Shown piece after piece: positions 1 to 7,208 of a stretch of DNA of 18,377 bases (its first letter is position 1; every line of letters starts with the position of its first letter). A program made the translations under genes and the position numbers. Origin of the DNA: Promethearchaeia archaeon (GTDB lineage Archaea > Asgardarchaeota > Lokiarchaeia > Sigyniarchaeales > SOKP01); NCBI GenBank assembly GCA_046497275.1, contig JAWOFX010000104.1, positions 1-18,377 of the forward strand, read 5' to 3'. Below the pieces are notes generated by a model. The model saw nothing but the letters and a program-made list of their open reading frames with translations. It was not told the DNA's origin and searched no databases.

Positions 1-299
1 TCTAAATTCGTTATTTTGTTATTTAAATCTTCACGAGTAGATTCTAAACTTTTTATTTTTTCATTAGTATCTTTTAATTTAAGAGTTAATTCTTCTAAAT
101 ATTTTTCAGAACTTACCAGTTTTGCCTTAGTATCTTTTAATTCTTCATTCTTTTTATCGAGCTCATTTCTAAGCTGGTTTACTTGCTTTTCTAAATCAAT
201 AGTTTTCGCCCTAAGGTCTAATAAATATTTACCTTCAATCTTTTGAGATTTTGATGGATTCTCTTCAGCCTTTAACCAATCAATGCTCATATTATTCAT
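1..299 (-). CDS. Coiled-coil protein, 5' part only (runs off the window edge); paralog of 4637..5107
   Basis: Not in the ORF track. Manual translation of the minus strand from ATG at 299 (alternative ATG at 290) is open to position 1: MNNMSIDWLKAEENPSKSQKIEGKYLLDLRAKTIDLEKQVNQLRNELDKKNEELKDTKAKLVSSEKYLEELTLKLKDTNEKIKSLESTREDLNNKITNL... It is heptad-like and rich in L/E/K. The N-terminal 35 aa match the 4637..5107 product at 23/35 positions. Confidence 0.85.
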   Translation of the reverse strand, partial: MNNMSIDWLKAEENPSKSQKIEGKYLLDLRAKTIDLEKQVNQLRNELDKKNEELKDTKAKLVSSEKYLEELTLKLKDTNEKIKSLESTREDLNNKITNL

Positions 300-329
300 C
301 CATTTTTTTTATTATAATAGAATAGGTAT

Positions 330-468
330 TATCTATTTTTATATCTAATTTTTAAATTTAATAATATATCTAATTTTTCATAAATTAACCAACAAATCTT
401 TATAAATTGAATATCTTTATCAAATGATCGATTAAATATATCTATTTTTTCACAAAAACACAGATATA
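330..468. promoter_or_regulatory. Divergent promoter region with repeated TATCTA(A)TTTT motifs and a palindromic TATA-like TTTATAAA
   Basis: Exact 14-bp direct repeat TATATCTAATTTTT at 340-353 and 365-378, variants at 330-340 and 437-450, and an inverted copy AGATATA at 462-468. TTTATAAA at 399-406. The region lies between the divergent starts at 299 (-) and 548 (+). Confidence 0.4.
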
Positions 469-547
469 TATTATTCGCATTAATTAAGTCAAGATTAAAA
501 AATAATTACTTGTCATATAAAATTGTTATCAATTAAATGAGGAAAAA

Positions 548-1096
548 ATGATTGTAAGTATAACAGGGGCTTCAGGGGCAGATATTGCTTTTGAACTATT
601 AAAAATACTTAAAAAAGAACAAATTGAAATAGAATTAATTATATCAAAAAACGCAGAAAAAGTAATAGAATTGGAAACAGAATATAAAATATCAGATTTT
701 CTATCTTTAGCGGATCATTGTTATCAAGAATTTGATTTAGCTGCCGCACCCTCGAGCGGAACACATAAATTTAATTCTATGATTATAGTTCCTTGTTCGA
801 TGAAGACACTTTCTGCTATAGCTCATGGATTTTCAGATAATTTAATTACAAGAGCAGCGGATGTTACTATTAAGGAAAATAAAAAATTAATTCTTGTAGT
901 AAGGGAAAGTCCTCTTAGTGTGATTCATTTAGAAAATATGTTAAAATTAGCTAAAATTGGGGTTATAATAGCTCCACCTATTCCATCTTATTACATAAAA
1001 CCTAATTCTGTAGCGGATTTAACTAGACAATTAGTAGGGCGTATACTAAGTTTGTTAAATATCAATACAGATATAAAAAGATGGGGAAATTTTTAA
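548..1096 (+). CDS. ubiX: UbiX-family flavin prenyltransferase (prFMN synthase)
   Basis: Motifs ITGASG, PCSMKTLSAIAHG, LITRAADV, VRESPLS-x2-HLENM, PPIPSYY and LVGRIL. GAGGA at 539-543 precedes the ATG. Adjacent to a UbiD homolog. Confidence 0.95.
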   Translation: MIVSITGASGADIAFELLKILKKEQIEIELIISKNAEKVIELETEYKISDFLSLADHCYQEFDLAAAPSSGTHKFNSMIIVPCSMKTLSAIAHGFSDNLITRAADVTIKENKKLILVVRESPLSVIHLENMLKLAKIGVIIAPPIPSYYIKPNSVADLTRQLVGRILSLLNINTDIKRWGNF

Positions 1097-1134
1097 TTAA
1101 ATCTACTAAATTATAATTTATATTAATTTATAGG

Positions 1135-2400
1135 ATGGTTAAATTGAGAAGTTTTTTAAAAAAAATTCAAGTTAATACAAATGAAGATGTTATTGATATA
1201 AATCAAATTCCCAGAAAAATTAAGCTAAATAATGAATATCCTACGTTTTATAAAGTTAGAGAATATGAATGTTCGATTTTATCCGGAATACTTAATGATC
1301 GAGGAAAAATTGCGTTAGCATTAAACACCAATCAGGAAGAAATTATTTCTTACATTTTACAAAAACTTGAGAAGGTTAAGAAATATCATTTCAAAGAAAA
1401 AGCTCCATTTTTACAAAATAAAATTGAACTGAACTCTAAAAATACGATTGAAAAATTTTTACCATTAATAGATTTTTATGCTGGAAAAAAATACACAACT
1501 TCAAGTATAGTGATTGTGGACTATCCGGGTGAGGACCGGCAAAATGCTTCTTTTCACCGTATGATGTATCTTGAGCAAAATAAATTTTCCATTAGGATTG
1601 TTGCTCAAAGACATTTAGATAATGCTTATAGATATGCAATTGGAAATAACAAAGATCTTAAAGTGGCTATAATTTTTGGAGTCCACCCTGCGATAGAAAT
1701 CGCATCTGCGTTTTCCGCTCCCAAAATGGATGAATTAGAATTAGCATCATCCTTTTTAAACGGTCTTGATGTTTATATGCTCTCTAATGGTATTATGGTG
1801 CCATGTGAATCTGAATGCGTAATAGAGGGAAATATTACCTCTGAGTTTGCTGATGAGGGACCATTTATCGATTTAACAGGCACAGCTGATACCATTCGAA
1901 AACAACCCATATTTAAAGCAGAAACTCTATTTTTTAGAAATAACCCGATTTTTAGAACAATCCTACCTGGTGGCAAAGAACATAGAATGTTGATGGGGAT
2001 TCCACAAGAACCGAGAATATTTAAAGGAGTTTCGAATACAATCCCCACTGTTAAAAATGTTGTTTTAACTCAAGGTGGTTGTTCTTGGCTTCATGCTGTT
2101 GTACAAATAAACAAAAGGACAGAAGGAGATCCTAAAAATGCAATTTTAGCAGCATTAGCAGCACATCCAAGTTTAAAGCGCGTGATAATTGTTGATGAAG
2201 ATATTAATATTACAGATCCAAATGATGTAGAATGGGCATTAGCTACCAGATTTCAAGCAGACAAAGATCTTCTTGTTGTTCCGAATTCAAAAGGATCTTC
2301 CTTAGATCCATCCTCTAATAAAAGCGTTACTTGTAAATATGGAATCGATGCTACTAAACCAATTATGAATAACAAAGAGTTCATTAAAGTAGAGTTATAA
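1135..2400 (+). CDS. ubiD: UbiD-family prFMN-dependent decarboxylase, probable trans-anhydromevalonate 5-phosphate decarboxylase
   Basis: Motifs NASFHR, RIVAQRHL, EGPFIDLTG, GGCSWLHAVV, HPSLKRVIIVDEDI, DVEWALATRFQ and SSLDPS. Its stop overlaps the AcnX large-subunit start (TAATG at 2398-2402). The substrate is inferred from the AcnX/MVK/IPK context. Confidence 0.9.
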   Translation: MVKLRSFLKKIQVNTNEDVIDINQIPRKIKLNNEYPTFYKVREYECSILSGILNDRGKIALALNTNQEEIISYILQKLEKVKKYHFKEKAPFLQNKIELNSKNTIEKFLPLIDFYAGKKYTTSSIVIVDYPGEDRQNASFHRMMYLEQNKFSIRIVAQRHLDNAYRYAIGNNKDLKVAIIFGVHPAIEIASAFSAPKMDELELASSFLNGLDVYMLSNGIMVPCESECVIEGNITSEFADEGPFIDLTGTADTIRKQPIFKAETLFFRNNPIFRTILPGGKEHRMLMGIPQEPRIFKGVSNTIPTVKNVVLTQGGCSWLHAVVQINKRTEGDPKNAILAALAAHPSLKRVIIVDEDINITDPNDVEWALATRFQADKDLLVVPNSKGSSLDPSSNKSVTCKYGIDATKPIMNNKEFIKVEL

Positions 2401-3542
2401 TGTATATAGATAAATCAGAAGAAAGGATCTTAAACGGGGAATTCGGTGCAATTAAAGCAAAGGCTATGAGAATTTTAATTACATTAGGAGATATTTTTGA
2501 AGCTGACAAATTGATTCCTATTGAATCTGTTCAAGTTTCAGGAATCTCTTATAAAACTATTGGTGATGCCGGATTAAAATTCCTAGAAGATTGGTCAGAT
2601 GCGCAAGTTGTTGTAGAAACTCGGATGAATCCCGCTGGAATGGATCTTATTGATTGGAAAACTATGGGAATTTCTGAATATTTCGCAAACAAACAGTTGC
2701 GCATAATTAATGCTCTTACTTCGATGGGAATAAAAAAAAGCTGTACATGCACTCCTTATCATGCAGGTTTAGTCCCAAATCAAGGAACTCATGTAGCTTG
2801 GTCAGAATCATCTGCAGTTGTTTTTGCAAATTCTGTTTTAGGAGCTATGACAAATAGAGAGGGAGGTCCTAGTGCACTTTCTGCGGCCTTAATAGGGAAA
2901 ACTCCTAATTATGGAATGCATTTAGAGGAAAATAGAGTTGGTGAAGTAGTTTTTAAAATTAATCATGAATTAACAGATTTGGATTTTTCATTATTGGGAT
3001 ATTATATAGGTAAAAAAACGAAAAATAAAATTCCTATTATTGAAGGGATAAAGAAAGCAAATCAGAATCAATTAAAAGCACTTGGTGCTGGCGCAGCGGC
3101 TTCGGGGGGTATTTCTATGTTTATGATCAAAAATGTTACACCAGAATATAAAATAATAGAGAATCCAGAAATTATTGACGTTGAATATGATGAATTAACC
3201 AATATTAAAAATGATTTAACGAATTGCATAAATCCAGATATCATTAGTTTTGGATGCCCTCATTTATCTTTAGAGGAGGTTAAAGATATAATTGAAAATT
3301 CTAATACAGATAAAGAAATATGGCTTTGTACAACTCAAGAAATTAAAGAAAAATTTCCTAGTGTTCCATCTAATATAAAAATATTCTCTGATACTTGTAT
3401 GGTTGTCACACCCATAGAAGAATTGGGCATCAAATGTTTAGCGACAGATTCAACGAAATGCGCTCATTATTCGCAAAATTTATCAAAAATTAAAACGCTT
3501 GTAAATTCTAGACAAGAATTAATAAATAAAATAAATCTATAA
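2400..3542 (+). CDS. Aconitase X large (catalytic) subunit, probable phosphomevalonate dehydratase large subunit
   Basis: Motifs SYKTIGDAGL, SCTCTPY, WSESSAVVFANSVLGA-x-TNREGG, GCPHLS and DTCMVVTP, which include the Fe-S-ligand cysteines. Translationally coupled to the UbiD gene. Confidence 0.92.
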   Translation: MYIDKSEERILNGEFGAIKAKAMRILITLGDIFEADKLIPIESVQVSGISYKTIGDAGLKFLEDWSDAQVVVETRMNPAGMDLIDWKTMGISEYFANKQLRIINALTSMGIKKSCTCTPYHAGLVPNQGTHVAWSESSAVVFANSVLGAMTNREGGPSALSAALIGKTPNYGMHLEENRVGEVVFKINHELTDLDFSLLGYYIGKKTKNKIPIIEGIKKANQNQLKALGAGAAASGGISMFMIKNVTPEYKIIENPEIIDVEYDELTNIKNDLTNCINPDIISFGCPHLSLEEVKDIIENSNTDKEIWLCTTQEIKEKFPSVPSNIKIFSDTCMVVTPIEELGIKCLATDSTKCAHYSQNLSKIKTLVNSRQELINKINL

Positions 3543-3581
3543 TATTAGGTTAATTTTACTTAACATAAATGGTGATAAAAC

Positions 3582-4205
3582 TTGCTTATGAATTTCCATC
3601 TGGTTAAGAAATCATTTAATTCAATTAATATTGGAATTTATGGTTTGGTTTCGATAACACTCATGTTTATTTTTATAATTAGCGCATATCTTCATTTTCC
3701 TGGATATAAGATATTTCTTAATGTTGTAAGTGTGTTAGGGTTAGGAGAGGGCGGTATTTTCTTTAATATTGGTTTGATTATTTCTGGAATTTTTTTAATA
3801 CCTTTTTTCTTTAAATATAATTCATATTATACCCTCAATTCAGAGAAAAAAATAAAAAATTTGACAAAAATATTAGATCTAATTTCATCCTCATCTTATT
3901 TTTTATTAGGTTTCTTTCCAATACATTTTTTCGTTCATTATATCTTAGTTTTCAATATTTTCTTCATAGGGATGATTGATTTAATAATAATAAATAATAT
4001 TATTCTAAAACAGAAACAATACTCTAAATTAATGTCAATTCCAAATGTAATTCTTATTTTTTCAGTAATTTCTTATCTTATAATGTTGCTCTTCGTTTAT
4101 AATCTCCATGCTATCGCTGAATGGATAACAGTGTTTGCATTTGGCTTTTGGGTTGTAATTAATTCTTCATATTTTATTCTAACTAAATCAAAACATCACC
4201 AATAA
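3582..4205 (+). CDS. Polytopic membrane protein, DUF998-like (Frag1/DRAM/Sfk1-related pattern)
   Basis: About 5-6 hydrophobic segments. Pattern Y-x4-N-x2-S-x-LG...FNIGLIISG, then GFFP-x4-H and a terminal EW. TTG start with GGTGAT at 3571-3576 upstream; an in-frame ATG at 3588 is an alternative start. Confidence 0.7.
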   Translation: MLMNFHLVKKSFNSINIGIYGLVSITLMFIFIISAYLHFPGYKIFLNVVSVLGLGEGGIFFNIGLIISGIFLIPFFFKYNSYYTLNSEKKIKNLTKILDLISSSSYFLLGFFPIHFFVHYILVFNIFFIGMIDLIIINNIILKQKQYSKLMSIPNVILIFSVISYLIMLLFVYNLHAIAEWITVFAFGFWVVINSSYFILTKSKHHQ

Positions 4206-4218
4206 AAGAGGATTTTTT

Positions 4219-4605
4219 ATGTTGCTAAAAGGTAAAACTATTGTCCCAGGAGAGATTAGAGCTTATACCACTATAAGTTTAAGTCCTATATCTTTTCTTG
4301 GAGATATAGATCCGAAGACTGGTAAAATCGTGGAAAAAAATAATCTTTTATTTAATCAATCCATTGCTGGAAAAGTCTTTATATTTCCTTATGGAAAAGG
4401 ATCTACTGTTGGATCATATGTTATATACCAATTACATAAAAATGGAATGGGACCAGCAGCGATAATAAATAATCAAGCAGAGGCAATAATTGCTGTTGGT
4501 GCGATAATCTCTGATATTCCTATGATACATAAAATAGATATTGAGAAAATACCAAAGGATAAAGAAGTTTTAGTTAATGCTACTGAAGGTTATATAGAAT
4601 TTTAA
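4219..4605 (+). CDS. Aconitase X small (swivel, DUF126) subunit, probable phosphomevalonate dehydratase small subunit
   Basis: Motifs PISFLGDIDP-x-TG and IAGKVFIFP-x-GKGSTVGS (catalytic Ser region), plus P-A-A-I and IIAVGAIISDIP. GAGGA at 4208-4212 upstream. Confidence 0.93.
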   Translation: MLLKGKTIVPGEIRAYTTISLSPISFLGDIDPKTGKIVEKNNLLFNQSIAGKVFIFPYGKGSTVGSYVIYQLHKNGMGPAAIINNQAEAIIAVGAIISDIPMIHKIDIEKIPKDKEVLVNATEGYIEF

Positions 4606-4636
4606 GATCCCTTTAAATCAATGAAACTAAAATTAA

Positions 4637-5107
4637 TTAACTAGAAAATTCATATAGGCTTTTTCCTTGTTTTAGATCTTCCAATTCTTTTTCGGAGATA
4701 AAACCTTTATGTTCCATTACTTCATTCAATTTATCAATTATATTATTTACTTTATCAGAATGATCAATTTTTTCTTCTAAAAATGTACATCTCTTTTTCA
4801 AATCCTCAATTAGGGTTGCCTTAGCATTTAAATCTTTTTCTAAATCTTGTAGGGTCATATTATTTGCTTCAGTTTGATGTTGAGATCTTTTAAGCTCCTC
4901 TTCCTTTAAAGATAAAACCTTTGACTTTTGTTTAAATTCCTTTTCCATTTCATCAAACTTTTTTTCGAGTTTTTCTAATGCTAAAATTTTCTCGCTTAGC
5001 CTTTTCTCCAAACCATTAATCTTTGATCTGAGATCCAGCAGAAATCTTCCTTCAATCTTTTGGCTTTTTCCAGGATTTTGCTCGCACGATTCCCAATCGA
5101 TATACAT
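4637..5107 (-). CDS. Coiled-coil protein with a conserved N-terminal IDW-x5-NP-x-KSQKIEG motif and a SHOCT-like C-terminus
   Basis: About 100 aa of heptad-like, E/K/L-rich sequence. Paralogous N-terminus to the gene at 1..299. The tail KLNEVMEHKGFISEKELEDLK resembles the SHOCT pattern (by eye). Confidence 0.8.
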   Translation of the reverse strand: MYIDWESCEQNPGKSQKIEGRFLLDLRSKINGLEKRLSEKILALEKLEKKFDEMEKEFKQKSKVLSLKEEELKRSQHQTEANNMTLQDLEKDLNAKATLIEDLKKRCTFLEEKIDHSDKVNNIIDKLNEVMEHKGFISEKELEDLKQGKSLYEFSS

Positions 5108-5174
5108 ATAACTAAGTCAATTTTAATTGACAGGATTCAACATAAAAATTGAATTCAATTATGGGTAAAGTAGT

Positions 5175-5190
5175 TATTTATATTTAAAAA
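5175..5190 (-). promoter_or_regulatory. Putative archaeal TATA box for 4637..5107
   Basis: The minus strand reads TTTTTAAATATAAATA about 70 nt upstream of the ATG at 5107. The AT-rich background lowers specificity. Confidence 0.35.
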
Positions 5191-5310
5191 TCTAAGTGAA
5201 ATTAAAAAAACCGTTTATTAATCTAGGGACATATTTGAATAATTCCGTTAATCATTTCTTTATCGTAAAATTATAAATCAATATTTCTTTTCAGAAATTT
5301 TACATTAATA

Positions 5311-6129
5311 TTAATTTCCAGGCACTCCAAAAAATGTTCCTTTCACATTTTCATGGATGAGTGCTTTTTCTATATTATTTTCTTTTAAGCCATTAATTAA
5401 TTGAACAGGAATACCCAAGTTTAATATTTTTTTTATATTATTTAATTTGATTGTGATTCCCCCAGTAATATCTATTTTTTTTCCTAAATTAGCAAGATTT
5501 AAAGTATCAATTTTTGCATAATCGATTCGTTCTGCTAAAGTTATTTCGCTTGTTTCATGTATTTCTACATACAGTCCATCTTCTTCCATTGCAAAAATTA
5601 CTTTTGATATTTGAAGATTTCCTAAACTTTCACACAATTTTAAAATAATAGTATCCCCAGAAATTATTGTAAAATCTCCATTTCGATTAAGAATAATATC
5701 TCCATATAATATTGGAATAATTCCAAGATTAAGGATTAATTTAATAATTTCAGGATTAAATTCGATGCCGCTTTCAGGATCGTTTATAAAAATACAAGAA
5801 GTTTGGATTGACATAGCTGGAACTTCTTTTTTTATAAATTCGTCGACGATATATTTATTTAATTCTGTCATAACACTGTGAGTTTTAGCGAGACCATAAA
5901 TTTGGTTTTCAATAGATAAGTTTTTTCCAGAATTAATATCATATTTTTTAGCAGTAGGGTGCCCAAAGGCTCCGCCTCCATGGATTATGATTATTCTTTT
6001 TCCACTTGCTATAATTTCAGAAATAACATTCCTTATTATCTTTTTACGCAAAGAAAACGGTTCATTCTTATTTGTTATTAAACTTCCTCCCATTTTTAAA
6101 ATATAAATAGATTCATTCTTCATATTCAT
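5311..6129 (-). CDS. ipk: Isopentenyl phosphate kinase (amino-acid-kinase superfamily)
   Basis: Motifs LKMGGSLIT-x-K, IHGGGAFGHP (IPK signature His), PILYGDI, ISGDTI and DITGG. The start overlaps the mvk 3' end (ATG at 6129 or 6123). Confidence 0.92.
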   Translation of the reverse strand: MNMKNESIYILKMGGSLITNKNEPFSLRKKIIRNVISEIIASGKRIIIIHGGGAFGHPTAKKYDINSGKNLSIENQIYGLAKTHSVMTELNKYIVDEFIKKEVPAMSIQTSCIFINDPESGIEFNPEIIKLILNLGIIPILYGDIILNRNGDFTIISGDTIILKLCESLGNLQISKVIFAMEEDGLYVEIHETSEITLAERIDYAKIDTLNLANLGKKIDITGGITIKLNNIKKILNLGIPVQLINGLKENNIEKALIHENVKGTFFGVPGN

Positions 6130-7090
6130 TTATTCTCACACCTTTAGTATCACTTTTAGCCAGAAAACTATCATAACCCTTTTCCTTTAATTTTAAAGCA
6201 ATTCCTTCTAAAATTTCTCTCTCACCTATAGAGATCACACACCCTCCTAAACCTGCTCCTGTCAATTTAGAGCCAAATGCTCCATTCCCAGTAGCAGTTT
6301 GAACAATTTCGTTAATCTTTGTATTAGAGATTTGAAGTTCTGTTAAATATTTTTGATTTTGATTCATTAATTCACCGATTTTTCTAGTATTCCCCTTTAT
6401 GAGTTCTTTTTCGGCTTGATTAGTAAGTTCTCCGATATTTTGAAATATTTTTTCAATTTTTTTGGGACTTTTTCTTTTCAGATCTTTTATCCTCCCAATC
6501 GCTTGTTTGGTGTTATGTTCAGTATTAGTATAAGTGATAAGTATAGGGATATCCTTCTTAATATCAATGAATTTAAAATTGCCTTCTTGAAAAAATATTG
6601 CATTTCCATAAGTACACGTTGTATTATCGACACCGGAGGGAAGTCCATGAACCTCCTTCTCCATTTGAAAAGCTAATTGGTTAACCTCATCTTTAGATAA
6701 ATTTAGATTAAAGAAATGGTTTAACCCATATATAAAAGCAACTGAGATGGAGGCGGAAGAACCTAGACCAGCTCCTGGAAATAAATCGCTTTCTAGTGTG
6801 ATTAAGAGATTATTTAACTGGATATTAAAACTATCTTTAAAATTTTGAAGACCTGAGCAAAATTGTTGATAAGCAGAGGGAATTTTAGATTTTAGAATTT
6901 TTATATTAGGTGCTTCAAAAAATGTTCCATAATTTTTAAGATGAATAGTGATTTTACCTTTATCACTTCTTTCAATTTGGCAATATGATTTGATTGATAT
7001 TGCCATCGCTATAGCAGGATAACCGTATACTACAGCATGTTCTCCGAATAAAATACTCTTTCCAGGAGAGATAATTGTAATTGATTTCAA
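6113..7090 (-). CDS. mvk: Mevalonate kinase (GHMP family)
   Basis: Motifs PGKSILFGEHAVVYG, PGAGLGSSA, HGLPSGVD and KLTGAGLGGC. A TTG start is required because the first conserved motif precedes the first ATG. Confidence 0.95.
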   Translation of the reverse strand: MKSITIISPGKSILFGEHAVVYGYPAIAMAISIKSYCQIERSDKGKITIHLKNYGTFFEAPNIKILKSKIPSAYQQFCSGLQNFKDSFNIQLNNLLITLESDLFPGAGLGSSASISVAFIYGLNHFFNLNLSKDEVNQLAFQMEKEVHGLPSGVDNTTCTYGNAIFFQEGNFKFIDIKKDIPILITYTNTEHNTKQAIGRIKDLKRKSPKKIEKIFQNIGELTNQAEKELIKGNTRKIGELMNQNQKYLTELQISNTKINEIVQTATGNGAFGSKLTGAGLGGCVISIGEREILEGIALKLKEKGYDSFLAKSDTKGVRINEYEE

Positions 7091-7202
7091 AAAATTTCAC
7101 TTTTCTTCAATATTACAAGAAATGAATAATGCTTTATTTTTTATTATAATGTTCCTTTAAATGAGAAGAAAGATCATCTAAATTCTATTTGCAACACTAA
7201 TT

Positions 7203-7208
7203 AAAAAA
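7203..7208 (-). terminator. Possible oligo(T) terminator after HMG-CoA synthase
   Basis: A T6 run on the minus strand immediately follows the TAA at 7209-7211, with 118 nt of intergenic sequence before mvk. Weak evidence. Confidence 0.25.

Noticed and set aside
16-246. 76-aa + strand ORF from the track
   Set aside because: It is the F/S-rich antisense shadow of the real minus-strand coiled-coil gene at 1..299.
537-550. Upstream ATG at 537 that would give MRKKMIVSITG if the A6 run (543-548) were A7, a possible frameshift or homopolymer error in ubiX
   Set aside because: The ATG at 548 already yields an intact fold starting at the first strand, and GAGGA is explained as a ribosome-binding site. 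It cannot be resolved without reads.
1135-2400. UbiX/UbiD as ubiquinone-biosynthesis or aromatic-acid decarboxylation genes
   Set aside because: Translational coupling to AcnX and proximity to mvk and ipk fit the anhydromevalonate-phosphate decarboxylase role much better.
1773-2752. Minus-strand ORFs 1773..2048 and 2549..2752
   Set aside because: They lie wholly antisense to the well-supported ubiD and acnX-L genes and have no recognisable motifs.
232-5062. Region between the paralogous heads as a mobile element bounded by direct repeats
   Set aside because: The shared DNA match is only 14 bp and lies inside coding sequence. There is no integrase or transposase, and the cargo is housekeeping with the same composition as its surroundings.
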